From Nitrospiraceae bacterium (GTDB lineage Bacteria; Nitrospirota; Nitrospiria; Nitrospirales; Nitrospiraceae), in assembly GCA_050246315.1 (NCBI GenBank), contig JBFWWG010000001.1:480001-544000 (forward strand): a stretch of DNA of 64,000 nt, written 5' to 3'. The notes beneath the pieces were generated by a model. That model did no database searches and was not told where the DNA came from. It saw only the letters and a program-made list of their open reading frames with translations. Position 1 is the first letter of the stretch. Each line of letters begins with the position of its first letter. Below, in pieces: positions 10,002 to 19,604 of this stretch. The translations under genes and the position numbers were made by a program.

Positions 10002-11684
10002 ATGGGACAGAGCCGTCGGAATTGGGAAATGATCCACGGGGTGGTCATGCTTGCGGTAATCGCGGTCTTGGCCGGTTGTAGCGATGGGGGAGGTGGCGGT
10101 GGAGGGACGATACAAGGGAAAGGGGTTGCGATCCCGCCAAGTATCGTCACGACAGCGGTGCCAGTGGCTGATATCTCACTCCCCTATGACTCAACCCTAA
10201 GCGCCACGGGGAGTCCCGATATCGACTGGTCCATATCCGGCGGGGCGTTGCCGGCAGGGATCAGTCTGTCGGGAACAGGTACACTTTCTGGGACACCAAC
10301 CGAGGAGGGACAGTTTCCTGTGAGCATTAGCGCTGTGGGGCCGGGGGGCACCGATACGAAGCTCTTGGTCCTTACGGTCCGGCCACGGACGAGTTTGATC
10401 TCCGTGAGTCGCACGGGAGAGCAGGGCAATGCTGAGAGCGGGGCCCCTCCGGCCTATGGGGGAGAGGCCGAACTCAGCGGTGATGGGCGGTTTGTGGTAT
10501 TCAATTCGACCGCTGGGAATCTCGTACCCGCCGACACAAATGGGAAGCGAGACATATTCGTTCATGATCGAGCGACCCGAGAGGTCAGCCTTGTGTCGGT
10601 TGGAGTCGGTGGAGTGCCAGCCGACGGAGAAAGTCCACTCGGGGCGATCAGTGAGGATGGCAATATTATCGCCTACCATTCCTTTGCGGGGAATCTGGTC
10701 AACGGTGACCAGAATGGCCAAGGCGATGTGTTTGTACTGGACCGTCGGACCCAACTCACGACTCGGGCTTCTGTGAGGACGGTGACGGGCGAGGAAGGAA
10801 CCTGCGCCCTACCTCCCGCCGGCGGCTTCGATTGCACGAGCTTTGATCCGCATCTGAATGACGATGGTAATCTCGTGGTATTCGGTTCTACTTTTTCGAA
10901 CTTGGTCTCGAATGATACCAACGGTCAAGCCGATATATTTGTCCACGATCGATCGAGCAAAGTGACGGAGCGAGTCTCGGTAGGACCAGCCGGCTTCGAA
11001 TCCGACGGATTCAGCGGCAATCCCGGCATCAGCGCGGATGGTCGGTACGTGGTATTTGAGTCCAAGGGAACCACTTTGGTCGGGGCCGGACAGGACACCA
11101 ACGGGTTCTCGGACATCTTCGTGCACGATCGCACCACGAGACAGACGACGCGCGTGTCGGTCGGAGCGGGCGGGGTTCAGGGAAATGATCACAGCTTTAC
11201 CCCCTCCATCAGTCGCGATGGGCGGATCGTGGCGTTTTGGTCCTTGGCCAACAATCTCGTGGCGAACGATACCAACGGTGTGGCAGACGTATTCGTAGTG
11301 GACTGGCAGTCTGCGTCCCCCTTGATGCGTCGGGTCTCGGTGGATCAGAACGGTGTCGAAGGCAACGGTGAAAGCCGCGTGCCGATGTTGAGCCGAGACG
11401 GGAGATTCGTGGTCTACGAATCCGATGCAAGCAATCTCATAGGCGCTGGGCAGGATACCAACGGTCAAACCGACATCTTCGTCGTGGATACCCAGCCGGG
11501 AGCGAACAATGCGGTCCGTCGCGTATCCGTGGATGGGGCGGGAGTTGAGGCGGTGGGAGGAGCGAGTTTCTTTGCCGCGATCAGCGCCGACGCCCGGTTT
11601 GTCTCGTACACCTCGTCCGCGACCAATCTTGTGCCGAACGACCTCAATGGCGTTGCCGACGTTTTCGTAACGCAACGCCCGTAG
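10002..11684 (+). CDS. Second He_PIG + beta-propeller lipoprotein, paralog of 7512-9206
   Basis: GGAGG RBS, LAGC lipobox, same domain order; both share CxLP.xGG..CxSF and a DVFV.QR C-terminus. Confidence 0.85.
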   Translation: MGQSRRNWEMIHGVVMLAVIAVLAGCSDGGGGGGGTIQGKGVAIPPSIVTTAVPVADISLPYDSTLSATGSPDIDWSISGGALPAGISLSGTGTLSGTPTEEGQFPVSISAVGPGGTDTKLLVLTVRPRTSLISVSRTGEQGNAESGAPPAYGGEAELSGDGRFVVFNSTAGNLVPADTNGKRDIFVHDRATREVSLVSVGVGGVPADGESPLGAISEDGNIIAYHSFAGNLVNGDQNGQGDVFVLDRRTQLTTRASVRTVTGEEGTCALPPAGGFDCTSFDPHLNDDGNLVVFGSTFSNLVSNDTNGQADIFVHDRSSKVTERVSVGPAGFESDGFSGNPGISADGRYVVFESKGTTLVGAGQDTNGFSDIFVHDRTTRQTTRVSVGAGGVQGNDHSFTPSISRDGRIVAFWSLANNLVANDTNGVADVFVVDWQSASPLMRRVSVDQNGVEGNGESRVPMLSRDGRFVVYESDASNLIGAGQDTNGQTDIFVVDTQPGANNAVRRVSVDGAGVEAVGGASFFAAISADARFVSYTSSATNLVPNDLNGVADVFVTQRP

Positions 11685-11700
11685 CGGGCTGAGGGCACCC

Positions 11701-11737
11701 GCCCGCCAAGGCTCCTGTCTCAGGAGTCTTGGCGGGC
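11701..11737. terminator. Hairpin between convergent genes (probable bidirectional terminator)
   Basis: GCCCGCCAAGGCTCCTG / CAGGAGTCTTGGCGGGC inverted repeat. Confidence 0.6.
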
Positions 11738-11752
11738 TTCTCGCGTGAAGAC

Positions 11753-12760
11753 CTATCGGAGTTGTTCGAGGACAGACGCCATGAGGAGAGGGAACAAGAT
11801 CTCATGGTGGCCGATGAGCGAGTAGCCCGTTCCACCTTTCTGAGTCGGCCGTTTCACGACGTTGGTTAACGGACGGTAGTGAGGAATAAAGTCCATATTG
11901 ACGGTCGTGATGTTCGTGAGCGGGTGCCCAAGATTCCGGCCCAATGTGACGGTCTTGAGAAAGACCTCCGGCAGGATCACGGCTGACCCCAGATTGATGT
12001 AAACTCCGCCTTCCATCCCCGCCACTACTGCCGCCAGTTTCCTGAAATCCACCAACGAGGCGGCGCCGATCGCTGCTCCGTCTGCAGAGGGATGCATGTG
12101 GATGATGTCCGTGCCGATCGCCACGTGAACCGTAACGGGGATGCCTAGGCGAGCAGCGGTTGCCAGCACGCTCAGCGAGCGGTGCGGGAACGTACGATTC
12201 CGCGAAGCGATATAGTCGCCGACGGCGGCGCCCAACCCCCTGTCCTTCTCGACTCCCAGCACGATCGCCTCGTTGAGCAGGCGTCCGGTTTCCTCGGCCA
12301 TACCGAACCGGCCCGAGTCGATCTCGGTCTCCACGTCCTCCGATGTTTGGCCGAGAAGCGCGATTTCAAAATCATGGATAATTCCGGCGCCGTTGAGCGC
12401 AATCGTCGTGAGAATGCCGCGTTCCATGAGATCGATGACCAAGGGGCTCAGCCCCACTTTGATCGGATGGGCGCCCATTCCGAGAATGACCGGGCGTCGC
12501 CGGCGATGAGCACGGGCGATCGCCAGCGCCACGGCTCGGAGGGTTTTGACCGCCAGAATGTTGGGTAGCCACTCCAAGAACTGACCGAAGCGGCTTCCGG
12601 GTTTCCATGGCGTGGCAAAATCGGCAATGCGCACCTTGCTGTGCCGCCGCTGAAGCGGATAGGTCTTCAGCCGGCTCACATCGATCGGCATGACGGGCGG
12701 ACGAGGGCGGGTGGATCGGGGAATCTTACCCGGGCGTCGTGGCAAAGAGGTCTTCCTCAA
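11753..12760 (-). CDS. Conserved deoxyhypusine-synthase-like (DHS-like NAD-binding fold) protein; alternative ATG start at 12691
   Basis: GAHPIKVG, IHDFEIA, GSAVILPEVFLK, GHHEI motifs; directly downstream of gmhA. Confidence 0.7.
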   Translation of the reverse strand: MRKTSLPRRPGKIPRSTRPRPPVMPIDVSRLKTYPLQRRHSKVRIADFATPWKPGSRFGQFLEWLPNILAVKTLRAVALAIARAHRRRRPVILGMGAHPIKVGLSPLVIDLMERGILTTIALNGAGIIHDFEIALLGQTSEDVETEIDSGRFGMAEETGRLLNEAIVLGVEKDRGLGAAVGDYIASRNRTFPHRSLSVLATAARLGIPVTVHVAIGTDIIHMHPSADGAAIGAASLVDFRKLAAVVAGMEGGVYINLGSAVILPEVFLKTVTLGRNLGHPLTNITTVNMDFIPHYRPLTNVVKRPTQKGGTGYSLIGHHEILFPLLMASVLEQLR

Positions 12761-13307
12761 TCAACTCGCAGAGGACATGCCCCAGCGTGATATGGCACTC
12801 CTGGATGCGGGCGGTCACCGTGGAGGGCACGATGAAGCTGTACTCCACGAGCGAGGCCAGTTTTCCGCCTTGGTGACCGGTCCAACCGATGGTGATGAGG
12901 CCGCATTCGCGCGCAGTCTCGACACCCTTCAAGACATTCGGTGAATTGCCGCTGGTGCTGATGGCGATGGCGATGTCCCCCTTGTGGCCGTGGGCGCGAA
13001 CTTGGCGGGCAAAGATGTCGTCGAATGTGTAATCGTTGGCGATGCAGGTCAACGCGGCGATGTCTGAACCCAGAGCCAACGCGGGCAGCGGGCGGCGATC
13101 TTTGTGGTACCGTCCCACGAATTCCGCCGCGAGGTGCGAGGCGTCGGTGGCGCTGCCTCCATTGCCGAAAAGCAGCACCTTCCGGCCTTCTCGCAATGCG
13201 TGGGCCATGACGCCGGCAACGTCCGCAATACGATCGATATAGGTGCGCACGAAGCGGCGTTTGACCTCCGCGCTGTCGTCGAACCGTTCGATGATACGAG
13301 TTTTCAT
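12726..13307 (-). CDS. gmhA: Phosphoheptose isomerase
   Basis: GNGGSATDASH, NDY, STSGNSPN, IQECH motifs. Confidence 0.95.
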   Translation of the reverse strand: MKTRIIERFDDSAEVKRRFVRTYIDRIADVAGVMAHALREGRKVLLFGNGGSATDASHLAAEFVGRYHKDRRPLPALALGSDIAALTCIANDYTFDDIFARQVRAHGHKGDIAIAISTSGNSPNVLKGVETARECGLITIGWTGHQGGKLASLVEYSFIVPSTVTARIQECHITLGHVLCELIEEDLFATTPG

Positions 13308-13341
13308 TCGGGCGCCATTCTAGGAAAGGCGTTCCAGCCTG

Positions 13342-14310
13342 TCAAACTCCAGGGGTCGTCGTAGGCGAGGCCGTCGACGCGGGTCGCTTGGCGATGACGT
13401 TCATCGCGAGCGCGATCATGGAGCCGACATCGGAGACTGTGGCCGGGAGTACCAAGGTGTTGCTGGACTTCGCCAGTTCGCCGAATTTGGCGATGTATTG
13501 TTCGGCGACGCGAAGCTGGAGCGCTTCGAAGCCGCCCGGAATCTGAGTGGATTCGGCCACCTTCCGTATGCCTTCCGCCGTGGCCGTGGCAATCGCGAGG
13601 ATCGCCTGGGCGGCACCCTCCGCCTCGTTGATTTGCTGCTGTCGCTTGGCCTCCGATGCCTTGATGACCTGTTGTTTCTCGCCCTCGGCTTCATTGATCG
13701 CTGCATCCCGCTGTCCTTCGGAGGTCAGCACCACGGCCCGCTTCTCCCGCTCGGCCCGCATCTGCTTCTCCATGGCGTTGAGGACATCCTTGGGTGGCGT
13801 GATGTTCTTGATTTCGTATCGCAGCACCTTCACCCCCCAGGGCTCGGAGGCCTTGTCGAGTTCATTCACGACTTGCACATTGATATTCGTCCGTTCCTCA
13901 AAGGTGCGGTCGAGGTCGATCTTGCCGATCTCGCTGCGCAAGGTGGTCTGCGCGAGTTGCGTGAGCGCGAACTGATAATCGGAAATGCCGTACGACGCAC
14001 GTTCCGCATTCAGCACCTTGAGGTAGAGCACTCCATCGACGCCGACCTGCACATTGTCCCGAGTGATGCAGATCTGCTCCGGAATATCGATGGCGGTCTC
14101 CTTGAGGGAATGTTTGTAGCGCACGGTATCGATGAACGGCACTAGAATATGAAAGCCCGCGTTCAGGGTCGAATGGTATTTCCCCAATCGTTCGACCACA
14201 AACGCGCTCTGTTGCGGTACGACGCGCGCGGTCTTGGCGATCGTGACGACCACCAGGATCGCGAGGATGAACATGACGAACAATCCACCGGACATGGTCG
14301 ATTCCTCCAT
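13342..14310 (-). CDS. SPFH/band 7 (QmcA/paraslipin-like) protein
   Basis: VVERLGKY, ITRDNV, QTTLRSEIG, QMRAEREKRA. Confidence 0.93.
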   Translation of the reverse strand: MEESTMSGGLFVMFILAILVVVTIAKTARVVPQQSAFVVERLGKYHSTLNAGFHILVPFIDTVRYKHSLKETAIDIPEQICITRDNVQVGVDGVLYLKVLNAERASYGISDYQFALTQLAQTTLRSEIGKIDLDRTFEERTNINVQVVNELDKASEPWGVKVLRYEIKNITPPKDVLNAMEKQMRAEREKRAVVLTSEGQRDAAINEAEGEKQQVIKASEAKRQQQINEAEGAAQAILAIATATAEGIRKVAESTQIPGGFEALQLRVAEQYIAKFGELAKSSNTLVLPATVSDVGSMIALAMNVIAKRPASTASPTTTPGV

Positions 14311-14332
14311 AAGAGTGGCGATGCCTTGCGAT

Positions 14333-14764
14333 TCAGCCGGACGTGACCCAGAGGGTCAGGCCGTCCACTCGTTCGACTCGACTCCGCTCGCCCTTCGTGA
14401 TCTCTCTCGGTCCGATGTTGGTTGCCGACCATGCAGAACCGCGCAGCTCTACCTTCCCGATCCCTCCGGTTGCAATTGTTTCCAAGGCGATCGCTTCCTC
14501 GCCGATGAGCGTATCGACCTCGCCGGAAGGGGCCGCACGTTTCATCATCATAAGCAGCCGGCTTCGGAACAGGACCAGCGAGAGCACCGCCAGGGCTGAG
14601 AAGAGCAGCCACTGTGTCCAGTCTGGGAGAGCCAGTCCCAGGCCAAGCGCAGACCCCACGATGAGGGCCGAAAGTCCAAAGAACAGGATGTAGAATCCGC
14701 CCGGCGTGACCAATTCGGCTCCCAGGAGCACAAGTCCCACGAACATCCAGTGCCACCACAACAT
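14333..14764 (-). CDS. NfeD-like membrane protein (YbbJ)
   Basis: Hydrophobic N-terminus plus OB-fold GKVELRGSAW...VDGLTL; partner of the SPFH gene. Confidence 0.88.
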   Translation of the reverse strand: MLWWHWMFVGLVLLGAELVTPGGFYILFFGLSALIVGSALGLGLALPDWTQWLLFSALAVLSLVLFRSRLLMMMKRAAPSGEVDTLIGEEAIALETIATGGIGKVELRGSAWSATNIGPREITKGERSRVERVDGLTLWVTSG

Positions 14765-15009
14765 TGATCTGCCTCACCGAATCATGGTCTGCCGGGAGAA
14801 CAGTAGGGCCGTCTGGAGTGACGACCTGTGGACGGGTGCGGCGCGTTCAACGCAATCAGTCTAGTCACGCCTCGCACCACGGTCAAGGAGCGACAGTTAA
14901 TCGGTATCAGGAGGCGGCCGATCACGACAAGAGATAGCATAGTAAGATAAGCAGCGGCCGAGCCGCAGTCGTTGATCGATGGCGGGGGCGGTGCTATAGT
15001 CCGCGCTCC

Positions 15010-16275
15010 ATGGCCGTCGAGTCTCCCGTCAAAGCGCTCCTGTGCGGTTTCTCCAGCAACGTCGAGGCTGCCGCATATGTGATCAACCGGCTGAAGCCGG
15101 ACCTCCTCTGTTTTTTTGCTCCCGAATCCAGCAAGCCCCTTATCGAACAGCAGGTTCAGCCAAAGCTCGCGCAGATGCCCCGCCGGTGGGACATCATTGC
15201 GACCCCCGATTCGCTGGAGTTTGTCGCCTCCTACCATGCGCTCATTCGCGCCCTTCCGCCGCTGCTCCAGACCTGGGACGTCCTCCGCGGGGAATTGGTC
15301 ATTGCTTGGGCTGATGCCTCGCCGGCCATGGTCGGGGCGCTGATCCTGGCCGGGCTCGATAAAGCGTCGCGCGTCGTCCAACTGTTGGAACCGCCTGCGG
15401 CCACGGGACCGGCCGCTGACTCGCCGATTGGAACATCGGAGGAGCGATGGAAGTGGATGCAGGGAAATCCCTGGGATGAGGGCTCGGCCTGGCTGCGCAA
15501 GGAGGCGAGTGATCTGTTCAATAAAGGTTCGTACGAAGCGGCGACCTCCCTGTTCAAGCAACTCGAGCAGCGGGTGAGCGGGGGGCAGAAGCCCCTCTAT
15601 CGCGCGTTCGCCGATCTGGCCGAAGGATATGGATTGTGGCACCGGTTCCAGTACCGTCCGGCATGGGATAAATTGAAGACCTCGCACAGAGCGCTCGAGA
15701 TGGCGTCGGTTTGGGGCGGGCCCCCGGGGCTCAAGGAGCTGATCCCGGCCCTCAAGGCCAATGCGGGATTTCTCGAACGGCTGGTCCTTGATCCGCAAGA
15801 GGTGAAGGAGCAGGCGGCGCTGGATCTGCTGGCACAGGCTCGGCGTCGGGCCGAGCACCAGAGGGACATCGAGGGAGCCATGGTCGCACTAGTGCGGGCT
15901 CTGGAAGCGTTTGCACAGCGGCAACTGTTCAAGCAGTACAAGATCAAGACCTGGGATGTGCAGGCGGAACAATTGCCGGACGCGCTGCGAGAAACCTGCC
16001 GCGCCTGCTATCTTGATGACGTGGACGGCAAGTACAAGCTGCCGCTTCAAGCGCAATTCCGTGCGCTGGCCGGGTTGGGCGATCAAATGGGGCAGGCATT
16101 CCTCGCGCAGTGGCCCAAGATGAAGCCGCTGCTGGATGCGGCGAACCATGGGGTGCTGGGGCATGGATTCGAGCCGGTGAAGCCGGAGCGGTTCCACCAA
16201 CTGTACGAGATTGTCATCAAACTGGTCGATGTCCCGGACACCTCGCTGCCGAAATTTCCCGTGCTGAACGTGTGA
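15010..16275 (+). CDS. CARF-HEPN-like protein (TIGR02710/Csm6-like), no cas genes nearby
   Basis: N-terminal Rossmann-like CARF pattern, NPW, LDLLAQARRRAE...ALVRALEAFAQ, C-terminal ANHGVLGHGF at the HEPN RxxxxH position. Confidence 0.7.
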   Translation: MAVESPVKALLCGFSSNVEAAAYVINRLKPDLLCFFAPESSKPLIEQQVQPKLAQMPRRWDIIATPDSLEFVASYHALIRALPPLLQTWDVLRGELVIAWADASPAMVGALILAGLDKASRVVQLLEPPAATGPAADSPIGTSEERWKWMQGNPWDEGSAWLRKEASDLFNKGSYEAATSLFKQLEQRVSGGQKPLYRAFADLAEGYGLWHRFQYRPAWDKLKTSHRALEMASVWGGPPGLKELIPALKANAGFLERLVLDPQEVKEQAALDLLAQARRRAEHQRDIEGAMVALVRALEAFAQRQLFKQYKIKTWDVQAEQLPDALRETCRACYLDDVDGKYKLPLQAQFRALAGLGDQMGQAFLAQWPKMKPLLDAANHGVLGHGFEPVKPERFHQLYEIVIKLVDVPDTSLPKFPVLNV

Positions 16276-16278
16276 CGC

Positions 16279-16683
16279 GTGGCAGGCACCCACACGATCG
16301 ACATTCGCATCTATTATGAGGATACCGATTGCGGCGGAGTAGTGTATTATGCGAACTACCTCAAATATTTCGAACGCGCGCGGACACACTATCTTGAATC
16401 GAGAGGGATCTCCGTTACCGAACTATTGCAGCAGGGCACCCAGTTCGTGGTGGTCCATGCCGAGCTGGATTGTCGAGCGCCGGCTCGGTATGGGGAGACC
16501 TTGACGATCGAAACGCGCCTTGCTGAGGTGACGAGGGCCTCACTGACCTTTGCACACGTGATCCGGGAGCGAACGAGCCAACGGGTGGTAGTCGAGGGAT
16601 CGGCGAAGCTGGCGGCGACCGATCTGGCCGGCAAGGTCAAACGGATCGACCAGTCGCTTGTCGACCAACTTCACGACGCATAG
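16279..16683 (+). CDS. ybgC: YbgC/FadM-family acyl-CoA thioesterase
   Basis: IYYEDTDCGGVVYYANYLKYFERART signature. Confidence 0.9.
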   Translation: MAGTHTIDIRIYYEDTDCGGVVYYANYLKYFERARTHYLESRGISVTELLQQGTQFVVVHAELDCRAPARYGETLTIETRLAEVTRASLTFAHVIRERTSQRVVVEGSAKLAATDLAGKVKRIDQSLVDQLHDA

Positions 16684-16696
16684 AAAGCATGCCCCA

Positions 16697-16810
16697 ATGG
16701 AAAAACTAGGAACGTGGTTGGCCATCGGAGGCGTCGCGATCGGATTTGTCGTGCTGGCTTGGTTGTTGTTTTCCGAGGGACCGAAAGACAAGAAGGACAA
16801 AAAGCCGTAG
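16697..16810 (+). CDS. 37-aa single-pass membrane protein (absent from ORF track)
   Basis: MEKLGTWLAIGGVAIGFVVLAWLLFSEGPKDKKDKKP*; starts 13 nt after the ybgC stop. Confidence 0.55.
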   Translation: MEKLGTWLAIGGVAIGFVVLAWLLFSEGPKDKKDKKP

Positions 16811-17016
16811 TGCTCGACCCTCGGTGTGGTCCTCTTCCGCCTTGTGTATCCTAAGTACCACCTCGAAGGGTAGAGACCTCCTCTCAAGTCCCCGTTGCAT
16901 GCACCGCTCGTTCTACATCTCGACTCCGGCGGGTCCGGTTGGGATCATCTTCATCGCTGATGGTTCCGGCCTGCCGTTCCTGTTATGAACGATCAAAGTC
17001 TTCAACTGGAGAAACA

Positions 17017-18579
17017 GTGGTCGTGAGACTGTCTCCCTGGAACGCCAAGCTGCGCGATTGGCAGGCCCGTGCCGTGGCGGCGGTCTTGACCCATCCCAGC
17101 CCGGACTTTCTTGCGACCGCGACTCCCGCGGCGGGAAAAACGCGGTTCGCGTTGCGGATCGCCCATCAATATCTGGCCGACCGAGTGGCCGGCCGCGTGC
17201 TGGTCATCTGTCCCACAAATCACCTTCGCGGACAATGGGCGGCCGCGGCCGGCTCGGTGGGGATTCAACTGGACCCGGCGCTGACGAACGAGCAGTCCTG
17301 TGAAGCCCGCGATTACCATGGGGCAGTCGTCACCTATCAACAGGTCTGCCTTGCGCCGGCTGTATTTCAGCGGGCCTGCCGGAACCGGCGCACGCTGCTC
17401 ATCTTCGACGAGTTGCACCATGCGGGCGACGGCAAGGACTGGGGCAGGGCGTTGCGGGAGGCGTTCAGCGAGGCGGCGTTTCGCCTTGCGCTCTCGGGGA
17501 CGCCCTTTCGCTCTGATAACAATCCAATCCCTTATGTCCGGTACGATCACGGAGAAAGCCAGGCCGATTTCACCTATGGCTATGCCGAAGCCATTCGCGA
17601 GGGCGTCTGCCGGCCCATTCTGTTTCCGAGCTATGAGGGGGAACTGAGCTGGTTGTCGGACGGGCGCGAACATCGGGCCACGTTTGAAGACGGATTGACG
17701 GCCGAACGGCGGAGGGAGCGGCTCAAAACGGCGCTGCTACAGGAGACCTGGCTGGGGCCGGTGATTGCCGACGCCCATACCGAATTGACCCGACTCCGCA
17801 AACAGGAGCAGCCGGACGCGGGCGGCCTGATCGTCGCCATGAACCAGGAGCATGCCAGGCAGGTGGCCGAATTGGTCGGCCGCGTCACAGGAAGCCGTGC
17901 CCATGTGGCCGTCTCCGACGATCCGGCCGCCTCCAAGACGATCGAGACGTTCGCGCAACATCCCAAACAGCAGTGGTTGGTCGCCGTGAACATGGTGAGC
18001 GAAGGCGTGGACATTCCACGACTGCGTGTCGGCGTCTACGCGTCGAACGTGTTGACGGAGATGTATTTCCGCCAAGTCGTCGGGCGGTTCGTCCGGATGC
18101 AGGAGGGCTTTCCCCGACCGCAACGGGCTTGGCTCTACCTCCCGAAGGACGCGACGCTCGTGCACTATGCCAAACGGATCAAGGCCGAGCGGGACCATGT
18201 CTTGGAAGAGGTGATGCCGTCCGTGCAGCGGACGTTGTTCGGCACCGCCGGCACCTCGCTGAAGGAATATGTGCCGTTGAACGCCGTAGCCCGAATGGAT
18301 GCCTTGATCGGTGAGGACGAGGCCGACCAGGAGGGAGGCAAGGGCGCACCGGCACCGGCCGTTTCATTGCATGACCGAAAGGCCGAGCTGCGGGAGGTGC
18401 ACCGAACCTTGGTCGGAACGGTTGCGAGGAAGACCGGTCTCGATCATCGCCGGCTCAATGCGGAGCTCATCAAACGCACCGGCGGACGTGTCGATCAGGC
18501 GACGATTCGACAACTGGAGCGTCGGATCGCCTTGCTGGAACGGTGGCGAGAATCCGGATTTGACGGAACGCGGACGTGA
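17017..18579 (+). CDS. SF2 DEAD/DEAH (ResIII-like) helicase
   Basis: LRDWQ Q-motif, TPAAGKT, DELHH, LSGTP, MVSEGVDIP, QVVGRFVR; GGAG RBS before GTG at 17017. Confidence 0.88.
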   Translation: MVVRLSPWNAKLRDWQARAVAAVLTHPSPDFLATATPAAGKTRFALRIAHQYLADRVAGRVLVICPTNHLRGQWAAAAGSVGIQLDPALTNEQSCEARDYHGAVVTYQQVCLAPAVFQRACRNRRTLLIFDELHHAGDGKDWGRALREAFSEAAFRLALSGTPFRSDNNPIPYVRYDHGESQADFTYGYAEAIREGVCRPILFPSYEGELSWLSDGREHRATFEDGLTAERRRERLKTALLQETWLGPVIADAHTELTRLRKQEQPDAGGLIVAMNQEHARQVAELVGRVTGSRAHVAVSDDPAASKTIETFAQHPKQQWLVAVNMVSEGVDIPRLRVGVYASNVLTEMYFRQVVGRFVRMQEGFPRPQRAWLYLPKDATLVHYAKRIKAERDHVLEEVMPSVQRTLFGTAGTSLKEYVPLNAVARMDALIGEDEADQEGGKGAPAPAVSLHDRKAELREVHRTLVGTVARKTGLDHRRLNAELIKRTGGRVDQATIRQLERRIALLERWRESGFDGTRT

Positions 18580-18636
18580 CACCCCTCGCCGGACGCGGCG
18601 GGCGACCCCGCTCGGCGTCCGGCGGTATCCCCTTCC

Positions 18637-19077
18637 TCATGACCGCTCGAGGGGACGGCGATAAAACTCCAGCGGCGGGGCCGTTCCACTCTCGAGCAAG
18701 AGACGGTCCCCCTCCAGACGATAGTGTGTTGAAGTTTCGAATGCGCGGATAAACGCCGCCTCGAACTCCATCCGCCCAGGTTCGCAAGCCATGCGCGTGG
18801 TCATGCCGGGAGACACGGTCACGTGACCGTCACGCGGTCCGAACGTGACGCGGCTGTTGTACCGGTTGCAGCCGGCATGGCCGGAGGCTCTGCCCTCCTG
18901 GAATTCGAGGATCACGGGCTCGCCATTGTCGCCATGCGGGACCGTGCGATCGCCCCAGCGAACTAACTCCCACCGATTGGACTCGATGAGTCGAGGCGCG
19001 TTCTCCGTCGAAGGAGCGGAGACACACCCCAGCAACATGACCGTGACAGCGATCGGGAAGAGATTGGCGAGGCGCAT
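18637..19077 (-). CDS. META domain (HslJ-like) lipoprotein
   Basis: LLGC lipobox, SGHAGCNRY, TTRMAC. Confidence 0.85.
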   Translation of the reverse strand: MRLANLFPIAVTVMLLGCVSAPSTENAPRLIESNRWELVRWGDRTVPHGDNGEPVILEFQEGRASGHAGCNRYNSRVTFGPRDGHVTVSPGMTTRMACEPGRMEFEAAFIRAFETSTHYRLEGDRLLLESGTAPPLEFYRRPLERS

Positions 19078-19604
19078 CTACAATGGTTGAGCGAGTGGCG
19101 ATTGTTGACTGATGCTTTCGGCTGAATCGGGCATGGAGTCATCCGCACGAGACGACAGGCTGTGTCGGTATCCTGCCAAGATTGGCAGGCTATGCCAAGC
19201 GATTTCTTGGCGGCATTGCAATGGGACCGATTCCGGACCTGAGCATGGGTGTCGCCTGCCAACCGCGTACATCGCGCAAACGCAAGTCGCCCCCTTTGCA
19301 TGGCGGGTCTGAAAAGGTATACTCATCGCGGCCGAGGCAAATGCAGCGCTTCGCCTTCCTCTGATCAATAGCTATATAGAGGATGAGCGGACCTCCGAAT
19401 CTTCGGTGGAACCATTTTCGGGTTGCTGCGCGGATTCGCTCCCGCGAGGTGAGCCTGAGTCTCGACCAGATTCTTGGATACGTTCCCACCCTGAGCCGCT
19501 AGACGGCCCTCCGATCGTTGTGTTCTCCCGAATGAGTATCCTCACGCTGCGTCTGTCGGCGTGAGGGCGATCCGCACGTGGAGTCTCCAGCGTGATAAAG
19601 CTGC

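Noticed and set aside
14782..15858. Long antisense or alternate-frame ORFs (also 3074-4168, 38923-40248, 42250-43467, 51792-53282)
   Set aside because: They overlap well-supported genes, have no recognisable motifs, and are expected in high-GC DNA.
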